Origin: a virus
IMG/VR virus record: IMGVR_UViG_3300030616_000017
Span: 32,001-96,000 of that record
Length of the DNA stretch: 64,000 nt
Reading direction: 5' to 3' (one strand)
Made by a program: the position numbers and the translations under genes. Of this stretch, positions 9,668 through 18,863 are shown piece after piece. The notes under the pieces are model-generated. The model searched no databases. It was not told the origin of the DNA and saw nothing but the letters and a program-made list of their open reading frames with translations. Every line of letters starts with the position of its first letter. Position 1 is the stretch's first letter.

Positions 9668-9893
9668 ATATTTCCCCATAAAGATACTTAACAATGTAAT
9701 CGTATAAGTAACTATAAAATACATTATCACTTGGTGTTGGTACTTCTGAAATATTCACTCTATCAAAACTTATAGGAATAAGAGTATTGTTAATGAAGAT
9801 TTCAGTATGCTTTCTCTTTTCCTTCAAAGAAATATAAAATCCGGGCAAGTCTTCTTCTAAACGTTGTTGTATCCTTCTAAGCTCTGCGTCCAT
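9666..9893 (-). CDS. Hypothetical protein
   Basis: ORF in a tightly packed gene run. Confidence 0.55.
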   Translation of the reverse strand: MDAELRRIQQRLEEDLPGFYISLKEKRKHTEIFINNTLIPISFDRVNISEVPTPSDNVFYSYLYDYIVKYLYGEI

Positions 9894-10138
9894 GGTGCGT
9901 CTTTATAGTTTTCAGCAAGTTTTTCTAATTTTTTTACAATTTCTTCCGTTATTGTAAAATCTAAAACTTGCTGAGGAACACCTTCTTTTATGGCTTGGAA
10001 GTCGAGGTCTTGTTCTACCTCATCTTCCTCTTCCATGTATTCGGCGTACCACCTATCCTCCTCTATATTTAATATAACAGTAAAATGATCAAAATTAAAG
10101 GATATCTCATGGAAAGTTTCTATTAGAGGATCACTCAT
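9857..10138 (-). CDS. Acidic hypothetical protein
   Basis: Overlaps both neighbours; strongly acidic. Confidence 0.55.
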   Translation of the reverse strand: MSDPLIETFHEISFNFDHFTVILNIEEDRWYAEYMEEEDEVEQDLDFQAIKEGVPQQVLDFTITEEIVKKLEKLAENYKDAPWTQSLEGYNNV

Positions 10139-10823
10139 CTTTTAAGATACCTCTTTTCATAAGATGTTCTATAAGAGCTAAGCCGTGCTTTGGAAAAAAA
10201 GGAATATTACTTGGATTTCTTTCCGGGGCTGATCTAAGAGGATGCATCTGCCCATACAAGTGTCCGTGGTAGCGAAGAGCCCATGCATCTCTAAAAATAA
10301 AATCACCATTTATTCCTAGCATTTGGGCGTTATAGTCGCCAACATCTAAATACTTAGCACTGCGCTTGTGTCGTTGAACTAAACGCCTATACTCAGCTTG
10401 AGCTTCTTGTTGGGTGCGTGCTCTTCTTTGAGCTTTTTCTCTAAAACGTCTTCTTGTTTCGGGATACAGAGATTGAATATGCTTTTGAGGAGGCTTCTTT
10501 ACCCACTTCTTATAACTACCTAATCTATATTTCCATATTTTATTATTGAGGGTGAGTTCTTTTAAGGTAAGAATGCTTTCGTATTGATGACGTATTCTTC
10601 GCTGATTCCTTCCTCTGCTCCCCCTAACGTAAGCTCCGTATTGAGGATAGGAAAAGGTTTCTATTTTAAAATACTTCTGGGGTCGCTCAGGGTGATTAAC
10701 ATTTATATCATATCTTTCTTTGATAACTACACGCCTCAATACATCTCTTTCTCTGTAGTTGAAGCGTGTGGGGAAGTGTCTGCGGGTAAGTAGCATGACT
10801 TGTTTTATGGTAAAATTACCCAT
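10131..10823 (-). CDS. Very basic protein with a degenerate SWIM-like C-terminus
   Basis: DFIFR.AWAL...P.RNP....FPKH resembles the C-terminus of 6068-7105. Confidence 0.55.
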   Translation of the reverse strand: MGNFTIKQVMLLTRRHFPTRFNYRERDVLRRVVIKERYDINVNHPERPQKYFKIETFSYPQYGAYVRGSRGRNQRRIRHQYESILTLKELTLNNKIWKYRLGSYKKWVKKPPQKHIQSLYPETRRRFREKAQRRARTQQEAQAEYRRLVQRHKRSAKYLDVGDYNAQMLGINGDFIFRDAWALRYHGHLYGQMHPLRSAPERNPSNIPFFPKHGLALIEHLMKRGILKDE

Positions 10824-10829
10824 AAACTG

Positions 10830-11570
10830 TTACCCCCGTAGCAGCACAACTTTAGGATAGTTTTTCCACTTCTCTGTTACTTCTTCGTATAACTCTTCTG
10901 CTCTAGAAATAAGCTCTCCTCCATCTAAATCATCAGGAGAGGAGGTAGAGATTTGATTGCGTAAAGAACCAAAATAATGAAGAACATAGCTCTGGGCTAA
11001 TTTAATAACATCTTCTTCAAATCTAAAATCAACAGATGCCCAGTCTAAAGAGTATTTAGCCCATATAATAGACAATTGGCCTGTAATGTTGCTGTAGCCT
11101 GTGACTTTTCTGTTAGCATAATCAATTGTTTTCTTAAAGCCTTTATATGTATCTGTGATACTTTGTCTACGAGCTTTCTCTGCATAGTACACTTCACTAT
11201 ATCCATAGTCGTTTCCTGTATTCCACATATTAGCATACCCTCTGCTTTCCGCTTGTCTGATGTTGAGGTCGTTAATAAGAGGGTTACCTGTTTTTATCGT
11301 AGAATAATAAGGGCGGGTGTTAAGACGAAGATCTAGTACGCCCCATGTCTGCTCATCAGGAAAATCCACTGAAAATGTAGAATTGACTTGATAAGAGGCT
11401 TCCTCTTTCACGGGAAACCATTTGAAGTAAATGTTCTTTAGAGCGGGCAAAATGAGTAGATCTTCCACTTGATCTCTTGTTACTTCTAAATCGGTTTCCG
11501 ATACAATGGGATAACCCATGCAAGTCATTATTCTTTGATATATGTCATCGGGAAGTGTAAGTTGAGACAT
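10830..11570 (-). CDS. Neck/head-completion protein (T4 gp13-like)
   Basis: I...MGYP.V..E....Q.E N-terminus and LDG.EL...A..L.EE C-terminus typical of gp13-like adaptors. Confidence 0.65.
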   Translation of the reverse strand: MSQLTLPDDIYQRIMTCMGYPIVSETDLEVTRDQVEDLLILPALKNIYFKWFPVKEEASYQVNSTFSVDFPDEQTWGVLDLRLNTRPYYSTIKTGNPLINDLNIRQAESRGYANMWNTGNDYGYSEVYYAEKARRQSITDTYKGFKKTIDYANRKVTGYSNITGQLSIIWAKYSLDWASVDFRFEEDVIKLAQSYVLHYFGSLRNQISTSSPDDLDGGELISRAEELYEEVTEKWKNYPKVVLLRG

Positions 11571-11580
11571 CTCTTCTCCC

Positions 11581-11865
11581 TTAGAATTGTTTAGATGCTG
11601 TAAAGCTTAAATTCCTAAAAAGCTGGGAAACTTCGTAATCTACATCTGCCCAATCTTCAGACATGTACATAAAAAGATTAGCTAAATCTGTTGCTAAGTA
11701 TCTAGAACCTTTATCACTGTAAACTTCTGTTGTAAGACTGGAAAAGTCAGGTCCAAGAAATCTTTTAAAATGATCCTCTTTTAGAATACGAATCTTATCA
11801 CCTTTTTCAAGAATAATATTCCCAATACGAGTATCTTCTTTTATTTCCACAATACCTTTTTTCAT
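11581..11865 (-). CDS. Small protein carrying an EDTRIGNIILEKGDKI module
   Basis: Module shared with 11965-12222 and with the C-terminus of 4398-4754. Confidence 0.65.
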   Translation of the reverse strand: MKKGIVEIKEDTRIGNIILEKGDKIRILKEDHFKRFLGPDFSSLTTEVYSDKGSRYLATDLANLFMYMSEDWADVDYEVSQLFRNLSFTASKQF

Positions 11866-11900
11866 TCTTGTTTACTCCTTCTTAAATAAACCACTTAGAA

Positions 11901-11949
11901 AAGCCTTTTACCTCAATCTGTAGTAGGAAGAGGAGGAGGTAAAAGGCTG
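11901..11949 (-). terminator. 13-bp stem-loop (AGCCTTTTACCTC/GAGGTAAAAGGCT), terminator or processing site
   Basis: Perfect intergenic inverted repeat followed by a short T run on the minus strand. Confidence 0.55.
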
Positions 11950-11964
11950 ATGTAAAGAGTTCAC

Positions 11965-12222
11965 TTATTTCTTTTTCTTTTTAGATTCTTCTTTTTCTTC
12001 TTCGTCATCTTTTTCTTCTTCGTCTTCACCTTCTTCATCTTCTTTTTCGTCTTCGTCGCCCATTTCTTCTTCTTCATCTTTCTTTTTAGCTTCCTCTACC
12101 TTAGAGTAAACTATAATTTCATCACCTTTTTCAAGGATGATGTCGGTGCCAGCAATTCTAACATCCTCTTCTATAGTAAGCTTTACACCTTTTTCTTTTT
12201 TCTTCTTTTCTGCGTATCTCAT
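11965..12222 (-). CDS. Small protein with IILEKGD module, acidic tract and Lys-rich ends
   Basis: Start moved to MRYAEKK (AAGGAG RBS); late motif at 12264. Confidence 0.7.
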   Translation of the reverse strand: MRYAEKKKKEKGVKLTIEEDVRIAGTDIILEKGDEIIVYSKVEEAKKKDEEEEMGDEDEKEDEEGEDEEEKDDEEEKEESKKKKK

Positions 12223-12263
12223 GCTTTTGTTCTCCTTTTCTAAATAAAGCAATCCGTGTTAAT

Positions 12264-12275
12264 ATTATATTAGTA
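12264..12275 (-). promoter_or_regulatory. Putative late promoter TACTAATATAAT
   Basis: Exact motif. Confidence 0.7.
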
Positions 12276-12335
12276 TGCCTTTTATAAAAAAATACAAGAA
12301 TATAATAAAAAAACCCTTACTATAACAAACTTATA

Positions 12336-14264
12336 TCATTTTTTGTGACGAGACGTACCTACTACTTGATTTTTCCATTTTGCAGTTTGAGAAAAATGTT
12401 CAACCCCATACTTACTTAAATTATTCTTCTTACGTGTTTCTTTAACTTCTTTGTTTTGCATTACCCATTCTGTTCCGTATTTTTTAAGATTAGTTTGTTT
12501 TCTTTTTTCTAACACACTTCTCCACTCTTCTTTTGTATACTTAGCATGATGTTTTTTTATTTTTTCACTACTGAGTTTATTTTTACACTTTTTATCTCCG
12601 CAAGTGTCCCAATAGAACATACCTGAACCTGAAAATGCTTTTTCCTTTCCACAATAAGGGCATATAGTAGACTCATTTTGAGACTTCAAGTATTTATTGT
12701 AGTAATCTTTGCGATCAATCTCGGGGTGAGCTATTGACAAGTGTTTTTTAAGACCTTTGAGAGACTTCATATTACGTTTACAAATTTCGCAATATTCGTA
12801 CCCTTCTTTACGGGGTTCTTCATGGTGTTCTGGCTTATGAAAATAATCTATTTGCTTTTCATTATTTTTTATATTCTCTTCTACTACTCCCCATCCAAAC
12901 ACCATATTACCGCAATCCCATATACGATCAAATCCATTATTTTTCATATTTTCCCATTCAGATAATTCAGAATTAAAATCATTAATCAGTTTATGTAATT
13001 TATGTTTTTGATATTTAATTCTACTCTCTAGATTCATATAATCTTTTGTGTAAAAATAGTTTGGGGAACTGGTATTTATATATGTAAACCCATTAGTTCT
13101 ATACACTTTTCCTGTGCTGTATCTCTTATCAGCATAAGATAATATATTTTTAGGATGATAATTTTTAACAAAATGATTTAATAATTTACTAAATCCCCCC
13201 ACTATTTGTACACTATGCAAAGAAGCAAAACGATGTATCTCATATTCATAAGTATTGTACCTTGAATGACCTAGAGCAAGCACCTGAACCAATCTACTGT
13301 TTTGATCTCGCAGACCATAAAAAATAGTGCTTCCTAAATAGGATTGTTGTAAATGATTTTGTTTGAGAAAATCTTGCGCTTCCTTTTTGTTTACTTTCTC
13401 ACAAATAGTTTTACGGGCATATATTCTTTCATTAAAAATACCTAACTTGCTTAATACAAGACTTTTCACTATATCCCAATATTTTACCATCTCTACATCT
13501 AATATATGTATAACATCAATATTAAAGTAGTCCTTAAAAAAATTATTTTTTTGTATATGATAACTTCTAGGGGTATTTCCCCTTATCTCTGAGTGCCAAT
13601 ATACCCCATCTATTTCTATACCAATGTTTTTATCAGGTATGTATACATCAAGCTCTTTATTTTTACCTCCATCTATATAAAACCTCTTGTTTTTTTCATA
13701 TTTTATAGAATATTCATCAAGAAGATCGGTTATATAAAGTTCTATACCGGAAATACCTTTATACTCTTTAGGAAAACACTTAGGGCATAACGGTACCCTT
13801 CTTCCTACAGAATTACCAGTAAAAATAGTTCCGCAGTGTTTACATTTCCATTGATATTCATATCTAACTCCCTTCCACTCTGTATCTATATTAAATAGTG
13901 GTTCAGAGTGCTTATCTTGCTTCATCTCAGTTTTAATACGAGAAATACTTCTATAATAATTTTTACAAGAGGCGGAGCATAATGTAGGAAACTTTTTAGA
14001 GGTTTTATTCCATGTTACTTTTTTACCGCAATATACGCAAGTAGGATGTTTATGGAGTTCATTTTCTATGCAATATATGCGAGCATTGAAATCTATGTCT
14101 TCAGGAAGAAAATTAGTGGCTTGCTCTACTTCTCTTTTAATTTGATTAAAGAAAGGATATTTAACAGGGTCTCGATCCTCATTTAATTTATTTAAGGTTT
14201 GGGTATTTCCTTCTTTAAATAAATGTTGATACATTCTACTCTTTAAATCTTTAGTATAAACCAC
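12336..14264 (-). mobile_element. Free-standing Hef-like homing endonuclease gene (PD-(D/E)XK/Vsr-like domain plus zinc fingers)
   Basis: ELDVYIP...IGIEIDGVYWHS; RIYARK...IWDCG tail; several CxxC; KRKQTNLKKYG repeats; more AT-rich than the flanking genes. Confidence 0.8.
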
Positions 14265-14295
14265 TAATCAACCTCTTTTTATACAATCTAATTAT

Positions 14296-14324
14296 AATAT
14301 AACATTATATTAGTAATAGTTCAA
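14296..14324 (-). promoter_or_regulatory. Nested promoters: TTGAAC-17-TATATT with late TACTAATATAAT (14304-14315) inside the spacer
   Basis: Both motifs are exact. Confidence 0.75.
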
Positions 14325-14357
14325 GAGTAGAGGTTATTTTAATGTAAAATAAGCAGT

Positions 14358-14390
14358 AAAAAACCCTCCTACTAAGAGGAGGGTTGTTTT
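14358..14390 (-). terminator. Rho-independent terminator after the capsid gene
   Basis: AACCCTCCT/AGGAGGGTT stem followed by a T-tract. Confidence 0.8.
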
Positions 14391-14416
14391 TTAGTTTATC
14401 TTATAAAGTCAATCTC

Positions 14417-15826
14417 TTACAGATTGTTAAGCTTCATCCGAACAATATAATTAGAATTGAGAACCTTATTATCACCAAAGTGATAAAGTCCAGTCTCTTT
14501 GTAAGCTTCTTTATATTCCAAAGTTTGAGTTTGATACAGCGGAATCAGCGAACCGAATACAATCGCCATATCGTTGCTTTCACTTGGGTTTCTCCAAACA
14601 CCAATTGCTTCGTCAGCAGGAACAATATTAGCAGGAGCAACATACACCGGCTTGCCAAGAAGCGTACCAGCTCTGTAAATACCTACTTGGGGCTGAGCAC
14701 CGTCCATGGTGAATTTGTCGTGAAGAGTAAGATAAGAGTACACATCAGAACCAACAACGAGATTGTTAATTCCACCTCTTTGAAGAGCTTTGTAGATTAC
14801 CTGACCAGCTTCAGTAAGCTTTCTTGTAAAACTCTGAGCATGGGCAACTTCACTATCAGCACCAGCAGCAGCAAAATCAGCGTTGAACTCGGTAAGGGTG
14901 TTACCCTTTGAATAACGATAAGCCATTCTAACAGCTTGGAAATCAAGAGATTTCTTCAGCTCGTCGCCGGCTCCAGAAAGAAGAGCTTCTTCAGCGTCGA
15001 TGTCAAGAGTAGTACCAAGCAGAAGCTCAGTCATCTTACTCCAAGACACATACAGCGGCCAAGGTTTGGCTCTCAGCTGGTAGTCACGAAGTTGTAACTC
15101 AACAGCTTCAATTTCATCAGTGGTTTCTTCAGAGTCGAAGAAGTACTGAACAACAACAGCAGTAGGAGTAAGTGAATCAAAATTCACAGTTACGCCACCA
15201 CTTGCAGTGTATTCAACGGTATTAGTCCCGCTTGAAAGAGCATCACCAACAAGATTACCACTACCGTCATCAACAGCAACGGGGGTATTGTCAGCAAGAA
15301 TCTTGACTGAGAAGGGGCGAAGAGGCCCATTAGCTACAGTAAGGGTCCAAGGACCGGTACCAGAACCAGAAGCTGATTCTTCTTCCATTTCAGAAGCATA
15401 ACGATAAGCTGAACTTTCGTGAGTTACATTACCATCGGTAGCTCCTCTATTGGTGGCAGCATAAACAGGGCTGAGGTAGTAAATACTATCTCTTGCAGTT
15501 ACCATCGGATAGTCGTGGAAGATTTCTCCTCTTACACTATTCGGATAACCAAGTCTGACAACGCGAAGAACGTTTTCAGGGGTTGTTGAGAACGCACTAG
15601 AGATCTGAGTCTCAGTGAGTCTTGATAGGTGGCGTTCTTGGTTTTCTAACATAATAGCAAGGCCACGAGCCTTTTGCTCATCTTTTTCCATGAGCTTATC
15701 CATGTTAGTTCCTACGCCGGGATCTTTCGACCATTTTTCAAAAAGCTGATTACCAATCTGCTTGTATTCAGAGAGGTTCTGCTTTTCTTGTTCTTTAAGA
15801 ACTTTTTCTTGCATAGCTTTACGCAT
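14417..15826 (-). CDS. Major capsid protein (T4 gp23-like, HK97 fold) with a beta-rich insertion
   Basis: KWS...A.MLENQ.R.L...E N-terminus; G.L.G..VY; E-rich propeptide; position next to protease and portal. Confidence 0.9.
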   Translation of the reverse strand: MRKAMQEKVLKEQEKQNLSEYKQIGNQLFEKWSKDPGVGTNMDKLMEKDEQKARGLAIMLENQERHLSRLTETQISSAFSTTPENVLRVVRLGYPNSVRGEIFHDYPMVTARDSIYYLSPVYAATNRGATDGNVTHESSAYRYASEMEEESASGSGTGPWTLTVANGPLRPFSVKILADNTPVAVDDGSGNLVGDALSSGTNTVEYTASGGVTVNFDSLTPTAVVVQYFFDSEETTDEIEAVELQLRDYQLRAKPWPLYVSWSKMTELLLGTTLDIDAEEALLSGAGDELKKSLDFQAVRMAYRYSKGNTLTEFNADFAAAGADSEVAHAQSFTRKLTEAGQVIYKALQRGGINNLVVGSDVYSYLTLHDKFTMDGAQPQVGIYRAGTLLGKPVYVAPANIVPADEAIGVWRNPSESNDMAIVFGSLIPLYQTQTLEYKEAYKETGLYHFGDNKVLNSNYIVRMKLNNL

Positions 15827-15971
15827 GACTGTTTTTTTCTCCTATAAGGTTTTTAAAAGTTATACTTTCGAAGGCAGGACCTCTTATATTAAAAGAAGGC
15901 ACTCAACTTCACTTTTTTTCGGCTCTTATTTGAAAGAAACCTCTAATACTTTTATACTATCATTTCTTTAT

Positions 15972-15983
15972 ATTATGTTAGTA
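15972..15983 (-). promoter_or_regulatory. Putative late promoter TACTAACATAAT (capsid gene)
   Basis: One mismatch; lies just downstream of the Hsp20 terminator. Confidence 0.65.
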
Positions 15984-16006
15984 GTATTTTTTCAGAAAAG
16001 TTACAT

Positions 16007-16033
16007 AAAAAAAGGAGGCTTAGTAGCCTCCTT
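16007..16033 (-). terminator. Rho-independent terminator after hsp20
   Basis: AAGGAGGCT/AGCCTCCTT stem plus T run. Confidence 0.8.
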
Positions 16034-16036
16034 AAT

Positions 16037-16447
16037 TTAAGTTAGTTTCAATCGTTTTGGTTTTAGGTCTTCTTTAGCTGGAATAAAAATAGTTAGAATT
16101 CCATTGCTTAGTGAAGCACTTGCTTTATCCACATTGTACTTGGACTGTGGAATAGCATACTTAGTTACAGAAGAAGAAGTTTTAATCCCTTTGTGTAGTA
16201 CTTTCAACTTCCCTTCCATTTCCGTTTTTACAGAAGGTAGAGTTAGTTTTAGAGCATCATTCTCAAACTCAATCTCCACTTCTTCTTTGTCATACCCCGC
16301 TACAGCAAAACGAAAAGTAATATCTTTCGTTTCTTCATCAATAATGACATCGTAAGGGGGAAATGTTGGGTAAGGAAAATCCTCTACCTCAAAACCTTTG
16401 AACACTTGATCAAATAGATCAAACACGTTGTAAATAGAACGATTCAT
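16037..16447 (-). CDS. Small heat-shock protein (Hsp20/alpha-crystallin)
   Basis: FPPYDV, AVAGY.KEE, A.L.NGILTI.IP. Confidence 0.9.
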   Translation of the reverse strand: MNRSIYNVFDLFDQVFKGFEVEDFPYPTFPPYDVIIDEETKDITFRFAVAGYDKEEVEIEFENDALKLTLPSVKTEMEGKLKVLHKGIKTSSSVTKYAIPQSKYNVDKASASLSNGILTIFIPAKEDLKPKRLKLT

Positions 16448-16542
16448 AGTATAAACCTCCTTGAAGCGTTTATATAAATATATTTAAGACCTTCATACGA
16501 AGCGTCTCTTTGTTCTATATTTGTATATGTAATAATATCAAA

Positions 16543-16564
16543 CCTCTCTCTAAAAAGAGAGAGG
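16543..16564 (-). terminator. Stem-loop CCTCTCTC/GAGAGAGG, probable terminator
   Basis: Perfect 8-bp inverted repeat downstream of 16599. Confidence 0.55.
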
Positions 16565-16598
16565 AAAAATATTACAACATTTTTTATGATGTTAAATC

Positions 16599-16907
16599 TT
16601 AGGTGTCTGCTTCGCTGTCTGAATTACCATCTCTCTGAGCAATCACAACAATTTGCTGATCTTCAGTGAGAGAGTATGACCCGCCGTTTTCAATCTTAAC
16701 TTGACCTTCATCAGGGTAAGTAATCACTGCGCCCGTCATAGCTACGACAGCGCCTGATGAACTAAGGGTCATCACAGTAGAAGCTAAAAGATAATCGTCT
16801 ACTTGAAAGTCAATTAGAAGTTCTCCATCGCTGGCATCTCCCGCTGTAACTGTATGTCGATATCCAAAGCTAACACCGTTGGTTGGTCTGGCTAGTACTG
16901 TACTCAT
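16599..16907 (-). CDS. Probable head decoration/structural protein
   Basis: Beta-rich 102-aa protein in the head module. Confidence 0.5.
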   Translation of the reverse strand: MSTVLARPTNGVSFGYRHTVTAGDASDGELLIDFQVDDYLLASTVMTLSSSGAVVAMTGAVITYPDEGQVKIENGGSYSLTEDQQIVVIAQRDGNSDSEADT

Positions 16908-16939
16908 TCTTTTTCTCCTTTATAATTGTCTTTAATATT

Positions 16940-17242
16940 TTAGTGGTTAATTTCTTCTTGTATAGAAACTGACCCAACCCAGTTAACACTTCTCAAAGCC
17001 TGTAGTTCTGAATTATCTACTTCAACCCAGAATACCATATTCTTAGGATCCATTACAGGCTCTTCGAAAGCAATACCGAGATTATCTAACACTTTCTTCA
17101 CCTGACTCTGAGCTCTCTTGTCTCTAGGGTCAGTCATAATCATGATATCATTTGAAGCTCGTTCTCTCAATTCGAGATCTTTTTGAAACTTTTCAAAAGC
17201 AAGACCTTCTTCTATAGATGAAAAATCTCGGATTTTCCTCAT
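16940..17242 (-). CDS. Hypothetical head-module protein
   Basis: Directly downstream of the protease/scaffold gene. Confidence 0.6.
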   Translation of the reverse strand: MRKIRDFSSIEEGLAFEKFQKDLELRERASNDIMIMTDPRDKRAQSQVKKVLDNLGIAFEEPVMDPKNMVFWVEVDNSELQALRSVNWVGSVSIQEEINH

Positions 17243-17246
17243 GATC

Positions 17247-18788
17247 TTACAGCCATCCTTCTCTGATTTTCATACCTGAACTAAGATAAGCTTTTTCTCT
17301 TTCTGTTCCTTTGTCATCTTCCTTGATAAGAGGAATTTTATGATAAGGAGAAGGAGAATCTTCAATTAAGTCTTTCAGAGAAAGGTACGTTCTTTGAGCT
17401 TCCATAAGAGTTCTGCACTTGAGAATTTGCTCTTTGATCTTTTTCATATTAGGATAGCGATCAACCATTCTTTCATAGTAATCTCTTACGGATGCAGTTG
17501 CGCTTTCTAAAAGATCATCGTTCTGTTCTTCCTCTTCTTCAACCTGCTCTTCAACTACCTCATCCTCTACCTTTTCTTCTACCTCTTCTTCTTTTTTCTT
17601 CTTTATTTTCTTTGTAGGTTTGTCTACCTTTTGAGATTCTTCAACTTGCTTTTTAAGCTCTCTGATTTTTTCTTTGAGCTCTTCAATCTCTTCCTCTTTT
17701 TCTTCTGTATAATGATACAGCTCATTGTACTCGGAGGCTTTTACCATACCGTTTTTCTCTGCAAGAGCGGTATCATACATTTCCTTAAACTTTTCTTCTC
17801 TAAGTTTAAGATCATCCAGCATCTGCGCGGCCTTCTCGTACTTGACTTTAACCGCTTCATATTTTTGAGTTACTTCTTCAATTTGTTCAGTAAGAGTTGT
17901 TTTCTCTTTTTCCACAGACTCTACAGATTCTTTTAACTTATCTGTCTCTTTACCTTTTATAGCTAACTCGTAAAGGGTATCATTAATTTCTTTGATTTTA
18001 GCGTTTGCTTCTTCAAGATACTCTTGTACAAAAGAACTTTCAGCGTCTTCGCAATACTCTACGATTTCTTGGTAAACAGAAAGCTTGTCTTTTAGATCTT
18101 CTGTAGCATCTGCACTTTCGAAAAGATGCTTTAGCCCAAGCTTTAAATTCTTCTCTGCAAGAGTAAGCTTCTTCTCTTTTGTGGGATTCTCAGCCATTGC
18201 TTTCTCCTTTTTTTCTTCGACTTTTTCTTCTACTTTTTTCTCAGCAGACTCTTTATCCTCTTCTTTCTCTTCTTTTTTTGATTCTTTAGATGCAAACACT
18301 TGGTAAGACGGTTGGTCTACCCAATCTGCATATCTCTCAATTTCAAATCCTTCTTCTAAAACGGTGCCATTATCATCAACATCACCATAAGCTGAACTTG
18401 ATAATCCTATTTGGCCGCCCGCTTCTAAAATCTCATTAGCAAGTTCGCCATTCTTCCCTACTAGATAAGCATCTACATACATAATCCCCTCTCGCACATG
18501 AGGATTTTTCTCCACTGCGAAAGTGTTAAGTACGTCTGCTTCGTCTTTAGGATGATTGGCTAGCCCTAATGTTACCGCACTTTCCTTCATCAGTTTTTCA
18601 GCTAATTTAGATGAATAAATTCTTTCATTCAGGTTTTTCTGATCTAGTCTCCAAACCGGAATTTCATACGCCCCTCTACACTTGTAAGTGGTGCCATCTT
18701 GTTCAAGTAAAGCCTCACTTTCTGTTAGAGGAAGTTTCTTTATATCATCTTTTTTGACTGTAAATCTTTCTTGAAGTTTTTGTCTCAT
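17247..18788 (-). CDS. Prohead protease (gp21-like) fused to a coiled-coil scaffold
   Basis: NLNERIY, GLANHP, IGLSSSAYG, DWVDQPS catalytic motifs, then a long E/K coiled coil; start moved to MRQKL. Confidence 0.85.
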   Translation of the reverse strand: MRQKLQERFTVKKDDIKKLPLTESEALLEQDGTTYKCRGAYEIPVWRLDQKNLNERIYSSKLAEKLMKESAVTLGLANHPKDEADVLNTFAVEKNPHVREGIMYVDAYLVGKNGELANEILEAGGQIGLSSSAYGDVDDNGTVLEEGFEIERYADWVDQPSYQVFASKESKKEEKEEDKESAEKKVEEKVEEKKEKAMAENPTKEKKLTLAEKNLKLGLKHLFESADATEDLKDKLSVYQEIVEYCEDAESSFVQEYLEEANAKIKEINDTLYELAIKGKETDKLKESVESVEKEKTTLTEQIEEVTQKYEAVKVKYEKAAQMLDDLKLREEKFKEMYDTALAEKNGMVKASEYNELYHYTEEKEEEIEELKEKIRELKKQVEESQKVDKPTKKIKKKKEEEVEEKVEDEVVEEQVEEEEEQNDDLLESATASVRDYYERMVDRYPNMKKIKEQILKCRTLMEAQRTYLSLKDLIEDSPSPYHKIPLIKEDDKGTEREKAYLSSGMKIREGWL

Positions 18789-18834
18789 AATAATTGACTT
18801 CTCCTTAATCGCTTTCCAATACAAAACTTTATAT

Positions 18835-18846
18835 ATTATTTTAGTA
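18835..18846 (-). promoter_or_regulatory. Putative late promoter TACTAAAATAAT
   Basis: One mismatch; upstream of the protease gene. Confidence 0.6.
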
Positions 18847-18863
18847 GCGATTTCTCAAAAATA

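Noticed and set aside
14368-16026. TACTAA in the loops of two terminators as extra late promoters
   Set aside because: Followed by G rather than TATAAT, so the match is too short
16037-16447. Host assignment to spirochaetes from a resemblance in Hsp20
   Set aside because: Only an impression from memory; it cannot be supported without a search
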